A DNA stretch of 64,000 nucleotides from assembly GCA_038890745.1 (NCBI GenBank), contig JAWAFD010000003.1, positions 12,442 through 76,441 of the forward strand. Direction: 5' to 3'. Below the pieces are notes generated by a model. It had not been told where the DNA came from and ran no database searches. It saw only the letters and a program-made list of their open reading frames with translations. This DNA is from Candidatus Anstonellales archaeon (GTDB lineage Archaea; Micrarchaeota; Micrarchaeia; Anstonellales; J096). Shown here in pieces: positions 29,460-40,062 of the stretch (position 1 is the stretch's first letter; every line of letters begins with the position of its first letter). The position numbers and the translations under genes were made by a program.

Positions 29460-29885
29460 CTATTCGACCCTTGGGTTTACGTTTGGAAAATGCAGTTTTA
29501 TCTCAAACTCAGCAGTGGAGGAAGCGTCGCTTGCGTGCACAGCATTATGCCCTACATCCGTTCCAAACCTTGCCCTTATCGTTCCTGGCTCTGCTTTTTT
29601 AGGGTCTGTTGCACCAACCAATTTTCTAAGGTCAGCGATCGCGTTTTCCTTCTCAAGAACAAACATCACAACCTTTCCAGAGGTTATGTAGTTTATAAGG
29701 TCGTCATAGAATGGCTTCCCCTTATGAATTTCATAATGTTTTTCCGCTATGGCTCTTTTTATTTTTGTGTTCTTCTCCGCCACTATATTAAAACCCGCAT
29801 CCGTGATCATTTTCTTTATTTCTCTAACCTTCTCATCATCGCAAGCAACCTCTGGTTTTATCATAAAAAAAGTCCTTTCCTTCAC
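29460..29885 (-). CDS. ndk: Nucleoside diphosphate kinase
   Basis: RTFFMIKP, GTIRARFG, NAVHASD. Confidence 0.97.
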   Translation of the reverse strand: MKERTFFMIKPEVACDDEKVREIKKMITDAGFNIVAEKNTKIKRAIAEKHYEIHKGKPFYDDLINYITSGKVVMFVLEKENAIADLRKLVGATDPKKAEPGTIRARFGTDVGHNAVHASDASSTAEFEIKLHFPNVNPRVE

Positions 29886-29895
29886 AACCTTCCCC

Positions 29896-30123
29896 TCATT
29901 TTTTCTTTTCTTCGCTTTTCTCCTCTTTTTCGCCTGTTTTTTTTGTCTCTTCCCTAAACCTTCTGAATTTCTCTGTCCACTTGCTCTTCCTTCCCTCTCT
30001 CTTAAGCTTTAGCGAATTCTTTTTGCACTTATCCGAGCAGAAATAGTATGTTGTTCCATCAGCCTTTACGAACATCAGCCCTCTCCCTTTTGGGATCTCC
30101 CTTCCGCAGAAGTAGCATTCCAT
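29896..30123 (-). CDS. rpl24e: 50S ribosomal protein L24e
   Basis: CYFCG..FCSDKC..KWT. Confidence 0.95.
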   Translation of the reverse strand: MECYFCGREIPKGRGLMFVKADGTTYYFCSDKCKKNSLKLKREGRKSKWTEKFRRFREETKKTGEKEEKSEEKKK

Positions 30124-30127
30124 CTCC

Positions 30128-30352
30128 TCACCTTTTCGGCTTTATTTCCTTGGCTTCCCTTTCTGTTTCCATAAGCATTATTATCATTCCAGGTCTTACG
30201 GGCCCTTTAAGATTCCTAAGTATCACCCTTCCTGCATCCTTTCCTTCAAGGATTTTTACTAAGCACTGGTATATCTCACCGTAAACGCCCGTCTTTCTAG
30301 GTCTTACTTCTACTATCTCCGCAGCAAATCCTTTCTCTTCCTCAGCCATCAC
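30128..30352 (-). CDS. rps28e: 30S ribosomal protein S28e
   Basis: RNLKGPVRPG..ETEREA. Confidence 0.95.
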   Translation of the reverse strand: MMAEEEKGFAAEIVEVRPRKTGVYGEIYQCLVKILEGKDAGRVILRNLKGPVRPGMIIMLMETEREAKEIKPKR

Positions 30353-30729
30353 TTTTCACCCTTTTTCTTCGCCTCATGCTTCGGCAGTCTTTTTACAATG
30401 TCTTGCAAAATCTCGGCACCGCTTCCAGGATCCTCTACAGCAACGCTACTCGTCCCGACCTTCAGCCCTGCAGCTTCCCCAAGCTGTTTTTTTGTCTTTA
30501 CATATAGGTATGGAATCCCCATCTCCTCGCACAGGCCAGGAAGGTGCATGGCTATTTCTGGAGGGCTTACATCCTCAGCAATCACAACAAGCTTTGCCGC
30601 TTTCCTCTCGATGCTTTTTGTAGCTTCATTTATTCCTTTCCTTACTTTTCCAGTATCCTTGGCAACGCTTATCAGCTCTATTGCCATCTTCCTTACTTCC
30701 TCTGGTGTTTCAAACTTTACATAACTCAT
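30349..30729 (-). CDS. rpl7ae: 50S ribosomal protein L7Ae
   Basis: KGINEATKSIER, IAEDVSPPEI. Confidence 0.97.
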   Translation of the reverse strand: MSYVKFETPEEVRKMAIELISVAKDTGKVRKGINEATKSIERKAAKLVVIAEDVSPPEIAMHLPGLCEEMGIPYLYVKTKKQLGEAAGLKVGTSSVAVEDPGSGAEILQDIVKRLPKHEAKKKGEK

Positions 30730-30760
30730 ATTTTCACCTCGCTTCAGCTCATAGGCTCAT

Positions 30761-31822
30761 TTAGGTTTTTCTTTTTAGTGGCTCAGGATTTTTAAAGGTT
30801 TGCGTATCGGATGCCGGCATATTTTTGTCGAAAATAGCGCGTTTTATATCTTCAGTACCAAAATGCAGTGCAAAATTCTCTATCCTTTGCTTCATTTTTT
30901 CGCTCTTCCTCATTTCGTAATAAGATATCAGCACTTTTGGATCATTTTTAATAATATGATTTATACCTTCGGCAAGTAGACACCTCTTTTCTTCCCCTCC
31001 TTTTTCCAAGCCTTTAAACAAGACATTCAGCACCCTATTCTTTGACCCATTTTCAAACAGGGTGCGCACGATGGTAAAAAATCTTTCCGCTTCCATTCTT
31101 TTCTTGCACACATCTATGCTGCTTGTACAAATTACATAAAATACAAATTCGTAAAAATGAGCATAGCGTTCTATGATTCTCAAGTCATTATTTTTCACCG
31201 CCCTTTCAGCCAGCATCCGCAAATATCCGCGCAGTACATTTTTCGGTATGATCTCCGCAGCATTCCTTTTACCATTTTTGTGGAAATATTCTTTTTTGTC
31301 TACCCTCTCTTCTAAGAGGCGAACTTCCTCCTCTTTTGCCGCTCTGTCCAGAATATACTTAAAGAGGATTTTTGCTCCTGGTAGTTTGAGTTTTTCTTCG
31401 TATTCTTCATACCGACTGGTCTGCGCGTTATACCGTTCAGAATAAGCAGACGCATCACGCTCGACATACTTGCCCACAAAAATAATATCGGCCATATCCA
31501 GTATACTAAATAAAAAGTCTAATTCCTCTTTATTCCATTTTAACTTTTTCTTCTCACAGTTGTTTATGCTAAAAATAACTTTTCTCGTTATTTCAGGAGC
31601 GATATACCCAACCTTTTTTTCAGCCAGTTTTTTTAATCCTTCCTTTGCTCTATTTACTTTTTCCCTGTCCTCACAAAAAATGATGTATTCTATCAGCTCC
31701 CTTGCTGCAGCGATTATGGAGAAGCCATTTCTACATTCTTCTAAGAGTTCTTCTATTTTAATATCTCCGTGGATATACGTTCTAGCTAATTTTCGATATT
31801 CTGCCATTTCTGCACTTACCAT
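30761..31822 (-). CDS. Orphan helical protein with a basic C-terminal tail
   Basis: 353-aa ORF with its own TATA box; no motif recognised. Confidence 0.7.
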   Translation of the reverse strand: MVSAEMAEYRKLARTYIHGDIKIEELLEECRNGFSIIAAARELIEYIIFCEDREKVNRAKEGLKKLAEKKVGYIAPEITRKVIFSINNCEKKKLKWNKEELDFLFSILDMADIIFVGKYVERDASAYSERYNAQTSRYEEYEEKLKLPGAKILFKYILDRAAKEEEVRLLEERVDKKEYFHKNGKRNAAEIIPKNVLRGYLRMLAERAVKNNDLRIIERYAHFYEFVFYVICTSSIDVCKKRMEAERFFTIVRTLFENGSKNRVLNVLFKGLEKGGEEKRCLLAEGINHIIKNDPKVLISYYEMRKSEKMKQRIENFALHFGTEDIKRAIFDKNMPASDTQTFKNPEPLKRKT

Positions 31823-31895
31823 ACTGCTACACTATACAAAACATTTTTTAAACATATTGCAAAACAATAAAAATTCTATGAATGAAAATAAGGGC

Positions 31896-32816
31896 ATGCG
31901 CATTCTACTGCAGTTCCCAGAAGGGTTGAAGCAGTACGCCATGCAGAAAGCAGAGGAGCTTGAGAGCCAAGGCCATGAGGTTTTTCTCTCCTCCTCAAAC
32001 TCCTATGGTGCATGCGATATCGCGATAGAGGAGGCAAAGGCTATAGGGGCAGATAAGATCATACATTATGGTCATGCTCCATTTCCGCTAAACGTAAAAT
32101 TAGACATACCTGTTGAGTTTGATGAATGGAGAATGGATTTTGATGTTTCTGGTTTGGAGATCGCTGTTAATGAATTCAGAAAAAGAAAAATAAGAACTAT
32201 TGCGTTAGGCACGACCGTTCAGTATGTTCATAAACTAGAAGAGGTCAAGAAGTTTTTTGAAAAGAATGGGATAGAGGCCAGCTACAAAAAAGGAAGCAAA
32301 ACTTACTACCCTGGTCAGGTTTTAGGATGCGATGCCGGTGCGGTTGATATCGAAAGCGATGGGATTTTATTTGTAGGGGACGGGATGTTTCATGCTCTAG
32401 CCATAGCCTCTCTTAATGTTGATAAACCCGTGTTTCTATTCCATCCAAAAGGAAAAACGCTTAAACAAATAAATGATGAAATAGAAAAGCTCAGAAAAAG
32501 AAGAAAAGGATCAATAATAAAAGCAGTTGATTGCAAGAGTTTTGGCATCCTCCTATCCACAAAACCAGGTCAGTTCAACCCTGAGGTTGCAAAATGGATG
32601 AAAAAAGAGCTTGAAAAAAGAGGAAGAAAAGCTCAGATAATAGTTTCAAACGAATTCGAGCCATATGCGCTGAATGATTTTCTTGTTTTCGATTGCTATG
32701 TTTCCTCTGCCTGCCCAAGGATAGCAGAGGATTATAAAGAGTTTGAAAAGCCGGTTTTGAACATAAACATGTTTAACGAGCTTTTGAGAATTTTGGATGA
32801 ACTAGCCAAACAATAG
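31896..32816 (+). CDS. dph2: Diphthamide biosynthesis enzyme Dph2
   Basis: LQFPEGL, YGACD, GQVLGC, SACPRI; true start is MRILLQ, not 31470. Confidence 0.93.
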   Translation: MRILLQFPEGLKQYAMQKAEELESQGHEVFLSSSNSYGACDIAIEEAKAIGADKIIHYGHAPFPLNVKLDIPVEFDEWRMDFDVSGLEIAVNEFRKRKIRTIALGTTVQYVHKLEEVKKFFEKNGIEASYKKGSKTYYPGQVLGCDAGAVDIESDGILFVGDGMFHALAIASLNVDKPVFLFHPKGKTLKQINDEIEKLRKRRKGSIIKAVDCKSFGILLSTKPGQFNPEVAKWMKKELEKRGRKAQIIVSNEFEPYALNDFLVFDCYVSSACPRIAEDYKEFEKPVLNINMFNELLRILDELAKQ

Positions 32817-33182
32817 ATCCTCAATTCTGTATGCAACGTTTGCAGCTTTTTCAAATGTTATCCCGTAGTTTATTTTTTTCTTTTCAAAAGCAGGAAGGGG
32901 AATAAAAAACCAACCAAGGTGTGATTTTTTCCACGCAACATAAACCTGCATTAGTGAATTCTCCTGCCATCTCATCAAATCCTCAAACTGTTTCTTTTCA
33001 ATTGTTAGAACAGATTTTTCCTGAGCCTTGCACTCTATCGCGTACTCCTTCCCTTTTTTTATTGCAATAATATCCGGCCCTTCGAAACCAGAGCCTGCTG
33101 CCCTTACAACAATAAACCCATGCTGTTTGAATTTATTAACCAACTCTCTCTCTGCCCTGCTTCCCTTTCCGTACCACCACAT
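32802..33182 (-). CDS. hjc: Holliday junction resolvase Hjc
   Basis: KGSRAEREL, VRAAGSG, PDIIA, AIECK. Confidence 0.92.
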   Translation of the reverse strand: MWWYGKGSRAERELVNKFKQHGFIVVRAAGSGFEGPDIIAIKKGKEYAIECKAQEKSVLTIEKKQFEDLMRWQENSLMQVYVAWKKSHLGWFFIPLPAFEKKKINYGITFEKAANVAYRIEDLLFG

Positions 33183-33258
33183 ACTATTCCATTTCCCTGA
33201 AAACCATTAAAAACATAGTAGAATGAGAAAGTGAAAAAATAAAAAGAATGAATTTGTT

Positions 33259-33948
33259 CTATTGCGCTGCGATTGCCTGCTCGCACTGCGCTCTGGCCTC
33301 TGGGTCTTCTATGCTCGCGCATATGTTGCCCAACATCTCTTTTACATTACAAACCTTGCCCGGGGTTGCGAATCTCTCCTCCCCAAACATGGCAGGCTCG
33401 CATTTGTATGTGTATTCGTATCCAAGGTCTTTGTATGTTGCTCCAACTGTTTCCTCCTCATTGATTTCGTACTCCTTTGCCTCTTCCTTTGGATAGTAAA
33501 GCCAGTCGCAGTTTTGATACATCCCAACTTTCATTTCTGGTGTCATCTGTAGATATGCCTCCTCATTCTTCATTATAACCGTAGTTGAGACTTTTCCATC
33601 AGGATTGGTTTGCTGGCTTTCCATTCTGATATTTTTGTTTAGGATATAGTAAACCGCACTTCCGCTTATTCCTTCCCGCGCAGATCTGTATGTGAATGTG
33701 CATTTTATGGGAGCACCCAATTTCATCAACGCGCCCATAGCCATTTCATCGTAGTTTTGAGCCTGTTCTTGTTCTTTTTCTTGCTCCTGAGTTTGCTGCT
33801 GGGTTTTTTGTTGCTCTCCACCACCTTGCTGTTTTCCTCCCTCTGCTTGTGTTCCTGTTTTTTCTCCACCACCCTTTCCCGGTAGTTGGATGCATCCTGC
33901 GAGAAGAAGCATACCAACTATTGCAACTACTATAAGTAATTTATTCAT
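33259..33948 (-). CDS. Lipoprotein, hypothetical
   Basis: Lipobox LLAGC, Gln/Gly linker. Confidence 0.75.
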   Translation of the reverse strand: MNKLLIVVAIVGMLLLAGCIQLPGKGGGEKTGTQAEGGKQQGGGEQQKTQQQTQEQEKEQEQAQNYDEMAMGALMKLGAPIKCTFTYRSAREGISGSAVYYILNKNIRMESQQTNPDGKVSTTVIMKNEEAYLQMTPEMKVGMYQNCDWLYYPKEEAKEYEINEEETVGATYKDLGYEYTYKCEPAMFGEERFATPGKVCNVKEMLGNICASIEDPEARAQCEQAIAAQ

Positions 33949-33986
33949 CGTCCCACCGCTTATTCATCTTCAAAAAACTTTATAAA

Positions 33987-34877
33987 CTAACCTATCTTTG
34001 AATAAAAACTCCTATACCCTGCTTTTTTTATCGCAGAGGATATTTTCTTTGCTTTTTCCTCATTTTCAGCAAGCGCAATAGCGCATCCTCCTCCACCAGC
34101 GCCCGTAAGCTTTGCACCGAGCGCCCCATTTTTATTAGCAACGGAGATTATTTCTTCCAGCTCCTTTGTTGAAACACCTATCTCTCTCAAAAGAATTTGA
34201 TTTTCATCCATAAGCTTCCCAACTTTCTTTAAGTCTCCTTTTCCAAGTGCATCCAAAGCATTTTTGGATATTTGAGCATATTTTTTCAAAACATTCGAAA
34301 ACCATTTTTCGTTCTCCTCCTTTCTCTTTCTCACCATCCCAACAAGCTCTTTTGTAATCCCCTGCTTCCCGCTTATCCCAATCACTATATAAAACGGTTT
34401 TTTTATTCTCAGCCGCTTTATTACATTCCCGCCCTCTCTTTTTGTGAATACAATAACCCCCCCGTAGGTCGCTGCGGTGTTGTCTATTCCAGAAGGGGTC
34501 CCATGAAATATTCTTTCACTTTCATATGCTGCATCACATATCTTTTTTTCGCTTTTCCCTAGGTCAAACTCATTATCTATCGCTCTTGCGATCGCAACCG
34601 CAAGCGCTGCAGAGCTTCCCAACCCTCCGCCCGCTGGAAGCTCAGAATGCACATTTTTTATCCTCACTCCCGCATCCACACCGAGCGCCCTTTTTATGGC
34701 TTTCAATGATTCCATTCTTTCTCTTTTGTATTCGTTTGTGGCCACCTCATCCTCATCGGACTTTTCAACTTCTACTTCAATTCCCTTTTCCAGCCCAGCA
34801 ACTATCCCGGTTTTTCCGTATACTACAAAATGCTCACCGAAAAGTATTGTCTTTCCAAACCCCTTTCCCTTCGCCAT
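33987..34877 (-). CDS. mvk: Mevalonate kinase
   Basis: GKTILFGEHFVVYG, PAGGGLGSSAA, SGID, KLTGAGGGG. Confidence 0.92.
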   Translation of the reverse strand: MAKGKGFGKTILFGEHFVVYGKTGIVAGLEKGIEVEVEKSDEDEVATNEYKRERMESLKAIKRALGVDAGVRIKNVHSELPAGGGLGSSAALAVAIARAIDNEFDLGKSEKKICDAAYESERIFHGTPSGIDNTAATYGGVIVFTKREGGNVIKRLRIKKPFYIVIGISGKQGITKELVGMVRKRKEENEKWFSNVLKKYAQISKNALDALGKGDLKKVGKLMDENQILLREIGVSTKELEEIISVANKNGALGAKLTGAGGGGCAIALAENEEKAKKISSAIKKAGYRSFYSKIG

Positions 34878-34928
34878 GCTTAAATTTTTACCTATTCATT
34901 TTTAAACATTGCTGAGTGCAAAAAGAGT

Positions 34929-35576
34929 GTGAACTTTCCAAACCTGCTCGCAACCATGGAAAAGGAGGCGAGAAAAAGAAATGCACCGGTGTACAGGTTC
35001 TCAAGACTCGCAAGAAACAATTTTCAGATTCTGCTCTCAGCCATCCTCTCAACAAGAACAAAGGATGAGACAACGATTAAGGTTTGCGAAAAGCTTTTCA
35101 AAAAAATAAAAACCCCTCAGGATGTTTTGCGAATGGGAGAAAAAATAATTCGCAGGGAGATATATGGAATTGGCTTTTACAAAAACAAATCAAAACTAAT
35201 CGTAAGATGCGCAAAAATTTTAGTAGAAAAGTACGATGGAAAAATCCCAAAAACAAAAGAAGAGCTGATGAAACTCCCGGGCGTTGGGAGAAAAGTTGCA
35301 AATGTTGTTCTAGTTCATGCATTCAACAAAAAAGCCATCCCTGTTGATGTTCATGTGCATAGAATAAGCAATCGGTTGGGGATAGTTAAAACAAAAACTC
35401 CAGAACAAACCGAAAGAGAGCTGGAAAAGATCGTTCCAAAAAGGTTATGGAGAAAACTTAACACCACTTTTGTCGCCTATGGTCAAACCATATGCCTTCC
35501 TAAAAACCCAAAATGCAAACAGTGTAGGTTAAGAGAGGGTTGCATGTATTACCGCTCAAAAAAACAAACTTTTTAA
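34929..35576 (+). CDS. nth: Endonuclease III
   Basis: LPGVGRKVA, VDVHVHR, C..PKC..C...C. Confidence 0.93.
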   Translation: MNFPNLLATMEKEARKRNAPVYRFSRLARNNFQILLSAILSTRTKDETTIKVCEKLFKKIKTPQDVLRMGEKIIRREIYGIGFYKNKSKLIVRCAKILVEKYDGKIPKTKEELMKLPGVGRKVANVVLVHAFNKKAIPVDVHVHRISNRLGIVKTKTPEQTERELEKIVPKRLWRKLNTTFVAYGQTICLPKNPKCKQCRLREGCMYYRSKKQTF

Positions 35577-35609
35577 TACTTTTTGTACCAAAAAATTAGT
35601 GGTGAAATT

Positions 35610-37064
35610 ATGCGAGATGGGGGGATTAAGAAGTTTCCTATGGTAGAGGAGATGATGGGAACAGATGGCGGGGAGATCGGCTGGTTTGGAGGAGAGGGGA
35701 AGAAGGTTGTAAGGATTGTGTATTGGAATGGAGAGTTTATACCTGTAGAAAAAGCATTCGTTCATCCTCTAAACCAAGGAATTCAGTACTCTCATGCATT
35801 CTTTGAAGGTCAGAGGTTTTATAGAATGAGTGATGGAACATGGGTTTCATTTAGATACCCAGAGCATTTTGCCAGATTTATAGCAAGCTACTGGGCGATA
35901 AAAGGATACGATGTTTTGGAAAACATAGTAAAAACCGTAAACACGAAACACAAGAGCATTGTTGTTGAGACGCCTTCGGTTGAGATGCTTTATAGGGAAG
36001 CAAGGAAGGCTTACGAAGAAGGAAAAAACCCGTACATAGCTACCATAAAATGCGCAGACCTTTCTGTCGCGCATGGAATTTCAGAAGGGTTAGAAAAGGT
36101 ATCGGTACACCCAAATATTAGTATTTTCGCAGAATGTGTGAATGGAAAAGAGAAGGTTAGGTTATCTATACGCATCCCTCTGGTTATGTATGCAGATGGT
36201 AGGGTGTACACTATCGCAGGTTTGATGGAGCTTACAAAACAACTTTTTGCACTAAATAACCTCCATATGCTAGATGCGGACAGTTTCTACTATAGACCTT
36301 TCGCAACAATCTCAAACTCTCAATTAAAGCTTCAAACCTTCGGAAAGGAGGTTGTCCTTGGGTTGTTCCCGCTTGCATGGGGCCCATACTTGGGAAAGGG
36401 AGAGGTAAATGTAGTTGTTGTTCCATGGAAAAGAATAAACCCAGAACAGTTTAAGACATACGCAAAGATGGCAGGCCATTACACAAACTCTGTTCTCTCA
36501 GCGAACCTCGCGAGAGCGTTTGGTTTTACAGAAGGAATAATGCTCGATAAAGACGGGAACATCGCAGAAGGCTCTGCCATGAACCTTTTTATAGTTAAGA
36601 ATGGAATTGTGTATACCCCGCCTCTTGAGGTAGGAATCCTCCCAGGGATCACAAGGGATTCTGTAATAAACCTCTTGGGGTTTATAGGCATAGAAGTTGT
36701 GGAGAAAAATCTTACCATAGATGACCTTTTATCAGCAGACGCAGCATTCTTTACAGGAACAGCGGCAGAGGTGATGCCGTTAGACAGCATCTCAGTTCCC
36801 AAAAGATTTGAGAAGATGAGGGAGTATGATGGAATATTCTCTCCGAGCGGTAAAGAAATAAAGTTAAGAGCATTAAGATTTACTCGGGTTAAGTTTAGTG
36901 ATGAAAATAAAAGAATAGCAAGAGAAGTGAGAAAAGCGTTCTTTGATATTTTCCAGTACGGGAGCGAAACAAATAAAGAATTCGGAGAAAAGTGGTTGCA
37001 GAAAATGCCGGACGGTAAAGATAAACAAAAATCTGTGAGACGGGCGCTTGTTAGCAGAGTTTAG
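35610..37064 (+). CDS. ilvE: Class IV (branched-chain) aminotransferase with a ~100-aa insertion
   Basis: QYSHAFFEG, AKMAGHY, EGSAMNLF, ILPGITR, TGTAAEV; SD GGTGA before ATG 35610. Confidence 0.8.
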   Translation: MRDGGIKKFPMVEEMMGTDGGEIGWFGGEGKKVVRIVYWNGEFIPVEKAFVHPLNQGIQYSHAFFEGQRFYRMSDGTWVSFRYPEHFARFIASYWAIKGYDVLENIVKTVNTKHKSIVVETPSVEMLYREARKAYEEGKNPYIATIKCADLSVAHGISEGLEKVSVHPNISIFAECVNGKEKVRLSIRIPLVMYADGRVYTIAGLMELTKQLFALNNLHMLDADSFYYRPFATISNSQLKLQTFGKEVVLGLFPLAWGPYLGKGEVNVVVVPWKRINPEQFKTYAKMAGHYTNSVLSANLARAFGFTEGIMLDKDGNIAEGSAMNLFIVKNGIVYTPPLEVGILPGITRDSVINLLGFIGIEVVEKNLTIDDLLSADAAFFTGTAAEVMPLDSISVPKRFEKMREYDGIFSPSGKEIKLRALRFTRVKFSDENKRIAREVRKAFFDIFQYGSETNKEFGEKWLQKMPDGKDKQKSVRRALVSRV

Positions 37065-37108
37065 AAACCTTTATTTAACTTTTCTTTTTTATTATACGCG
37101 GTGAGCAC

Positions 37109-37690
37109 ATGATAGAGTGGCTTTTGGCAGGAGGGTTTGCCGTTGTTTTACTTGTTCTGATGTTTGTTGGTTTGCTGATACTAGCCTATGTTATATATGT
37201 TTACAACAAACTCGTAAAACTTGACCAGAACATAAAGAATGCTTTTGCGCAGATAAGCGTTCAGTTGAAGATGAGGGCAGACCTTGTTCCGAACCTTGTT
37301 GAAACAGTTAAAGGATATGCAAAGCATGAGAAAACTGTTTTTGAGAATGTAACAAAGGCAAGGGCTGCGATAATGAAGGCGAAAACGCCAGCAGAGATGG
37401 CAAAGGCGGATAACATGCTCACCGGTGCGCTCAAATCCCTTTTTGCTGTTGCAGAGAATTACCCAAGGCTTCAGGCAAACCAAAACTTTTTACAATTGCA
37501 GGAGAAATTGGGAGAGCTTGAGCAAAAGATTGCGTACGCAAGGCAGTCATACAACGATACGATCACAATGTACAATCGCCTCGTCCTCTATTTCCCGAGC
37601 AACATAATCGCGAACATGCTCGGGCATAAGGAAAAGGAATATTTTGAGGTTGGTGAAAAAGAAAGAGCAGCCCCAAAGGTTAAGTTTTGA
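37109..37690 (+). CDS. lemA: LemA family protein
   Basis: [27 protein letters not shown]. Confidence 0.95.
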   Translation: MIEWLLAGGFAVVLLVLMFVGLLILAYVIYVYNKLVKLDQNIKNAFAQISVQLKMRADLVPNLVETVKGYAKHEKTVFENVTKARAAIMKAKTPAEMAKADNMLTGALKSLFAVAENYPRLQANQNFLQLQEKLGELEQKIAYARQSYNDTITMYNRLVLYFPSNIIANMLGHKEKEYFEVGEKERAAPKVKF

Positions 37691-37692
37691 TT

Positions 37693-38481
37693 TTATCCCT
37701 TTGGTATTCTTCCTTTTGGTTTTTTAACTTTTAAATCAGGATAGGCTTTTTCAAGCATCGCGAGCGTAGGATAGGGTAGAATGCCATAGGCCTCAAAAAC
37801 AGCATTCACGTTTGCGGCCGTTTGCTTTTCATCCCCGCCCCCAGCCTCCTTCAGCATCCCAATTAAATTTTTCATGCTTTTTCCCCTGCTCGTTTTTATG
37901 TTTGAAGATACCCTTGCAAACTGGAATGCTTTCGGAACTATTGTTGTGCAGATATTCGCTAAGATCCCACCTATCTCATACTCCTCAGACCCAGGAATGG
38001 TTAGTTTTTTTATCGCAACCCATTCCTTATACTTCCCTATAAAAACAATCTGGTCATCGGGTTCTTTTGGTTTTGCGTCTATTCTGTATTCATCCAGCAT
38101 TTTTGCAGTTAATCTATAAGGAACATTGAACGCATTTAGAATTTTATTAAAAAAATAGCTTTCTGCAGCAGGCCTAAGCTCCTTTTTTTCTCCGCACGCT
38201 TTTTCAAAAACATCCCCTGCTTTAAACTTTTCAAAAAAACCAACTAACTCGCCTATCCCATTTCCTTTTGCATCCTTTATTTTTTCATCAATAAATTTTG
38301 TATCCAACCCACAATGGATGTACGCTTTCCCTTCTATTTCATCAGCAATTTTTGCAAGCGCATACGCGACATTTTCTTCTCTCTTTCCTTCAAGCTCAAA
38401 AACATACCCAAATCTCCAACCACCGTATGCGCCCCAACTCTCTATCGAGTCCGCAATCATAAAACCACTTTTTTGCTTCAC
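37693..38481 (-). CDS. Hypothetical, DUF2666-like internal duplication
   Basis: Two related segments (I..WGAYGGW / IVFIGKYKEW); family call from memory. Confidence 0.5.
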   Translation of the reverse strand: MKQKSGFMIADSIESWGAYGGWRFGYVFELEGKREENVAYALAKIADEIEGKAYIHCGLDTKFIDEKIKDAKGNGIGELVGFFEKFKAGDVFEKACGEKKELRPAAESYFFNKILNAFNVPYRLTAKMLDEYRIDAKPKEPDDQIVFIGKYKEWVAIKKLTIPGSEEYEIGGILANICTTIVPKAFQFARVSSNIKTSRGKSMKNLIGMLKEAGGGDEKQTAANVNAVFEAYGILPYPTLAMLEKAYPDLKVKKPKGRIPKG

Positions 38482-38529
38482 ATGAAAATACTTAAATATT
38501 TTTCCATTGTAGTACTTTAAACGGGTTGT

Positions 38530-40062
38530 ATGGATAAATTCGCACTTTTAAGCGTGTATGAAAAAACAGGAATAGCAGAGTTTGCCTCGTCGCTCGTAAA
38601 ACTAGGATACAAAATAATTTCTAGTGGTGGAACTGCTAAAGAATTGAAAAACAAAAAAATTCCAGTGGTGGATGTGAGCGACTTTACCGGCTTTCCAGAA
38701 CTTTTTGATGGGAGGGTAAAGACCCTCCACCCAAAAATCCATGGAGGGATTCTTTTTAGAAGGGAAATGAAAAAAGATAGAACAGAAGCGGAGATGCAGG
38801 GAATAAAAAATATAGAGGTTGTTGCCGTTAATCTTTACCCGTTTGAGAGTGGATTGAAAAAGGATGCGAGTCATGAGGAGATGGTGGAGCTCATAGATAT
38901 CGGTGGGCCTGCGTTGCTGAGGGCAGCGGCAAAAAACTACAAGGATGTTTTTGTCCTTTCCTCACCCTCTCAGTATGATGAGTTTATAAGAAGGTTGAAA
39001 GAAGGAACCGCGGATGAAAAATACCGGCTTATGCTTGCATGGGAGGCATGGAATGCTATAAGCCATTATGATGTTTTGATAGAAAAATATTTTTCAAAAA
39101 TTCTGGAAATGAAAACCTATCCAAGATACATGAACCTAACATTTGAAAAAAAACAAGACCTTCGGTATGGAGAAAATCCCCATCAGACCGCAGCTTTATA
39201 CATAGATAACGGCTATACAGATTCCTCCATCGTGTCTGCTGAGCAGTTGCAGGGAAAGCAGCTTTCTTACAACAACATCTTGGATGCTGATTCTGCCTTG
39301 AAGATTGTTAAGGAATTTGACGAGCCGACAGCGGTTATAATAAAACACAACAACCCGTGCGGGGTTGCAAGCTCTGAGGATATCGTTGAGGCATTCAAGG
39401 TTGCGAGGTCTGTTGACCCTGAAGCTGCTTTTGGAGGAGTGATAGGGATTAACAGAAAGGTTGATAGCAGGCTTGCTGAAGAGATTCTATCCAAGTTTGC
39501 AGAGGTTGTAGTTGCACCCGAGTATGGAGAGGATGCATTAAAACTATTCTCAAAAAAACAAAATCTGAGATTGCTGAAAGTTGGCACGCATAATGGCGCG
39601 CCGCATAAGACATACCGTTCGATTGATGGGGGGCTTCTTGTTCAGGATTCAGATGGGTTGCTTTTTGAAAGATTTGAAGTAGTTACAAAAAGAAAACCAA
39701 CAGAAGAGGAGAGAAAGGCTATGGTGTATGCATGGAAGATTGCGAAGCATGTAAAATCAAATGCAATAGTGTATGCAAAGGAAAACAGGGCTGTTGGGAT
39801 AGGAGCAGGGCAGATGAAAAGGATAGATGCGGCAAAACTTGGAGCGATGATCGCGAAGGATTTTGGTGAGAGTTTGGAGGGGTGCGCGATGGCAAGCGAT
39901 GGGTTCTTCCCTTTTCGGGATGGGATTGACTACGCCGCTTCGTTAGGGATAAGAGCGGTAATCCAGCCCGGTGGTTCTATAAAAGATAAGGAAGTAATCG
40001 CGGCCGCGGATGAGCATGGGATAACCATGGTTTTTACAGGAACAAGGCATTTCAGACATTAA
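38530..40062 (+). CDS. purH: Bifunctional AICAR transformylase/IMP cyclohydrolase
   Basis: [34 protein letters not shown]. Confidence 0.97.
   Translation: MDKFALLSVYEKTGIAEFASSLVKLGYKIISSGGTAKELKNKKIPVVDVSDFTGFPELFDGRVKTLHPKIHGGILFRREMKKDRTEAEMQGIKNIEVVAVNLYPFESGLKKDASHEEMVELIDIGGPALLRAAAKNYKDVFVLSSPSQYDEFIRRLKEGTADEKYRLMLAWEAWNAISHYDVLIEKYFSKILEMKTYPRYMNLTFEKKQDLRYGENPHQTAALYIDNGYTDSSIVSAEQLQGKQLSYNNILDADSALKIVKEFDEPTAVIIKHNNPCGVASSEDIVEAFKVARSVDPEAAFGGVIGINRKVDSRLAEEILSKFAEVVVAPEYGEDALKLFSKKQNLRLLKVGTHNGAPHKTYRSIDGGLLVQDSDGLLFERFEVVTKRKPTEEERKAMVYAWKIAKHVKSNAIVYAKENRAVGIGAGQMKRIDAAKLGAMIAKDFGESLEGCAMASDGFFPFRDGIDYAASLGIRAVIQPGGSIKDKEVIAAADEHGITMVFTGTRHFRH

Noticed and set aside
31470..31895. 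N-terminal extension of Dph2
   Set aside because: Antisense shadow of the 30761-31822 gene; homology starts at MRILLQ.
35890..36220. Intein in the aminotransferase insertion
   Set aside because: No Cys/Ser start block, His-Asn end or endonuclease motif.
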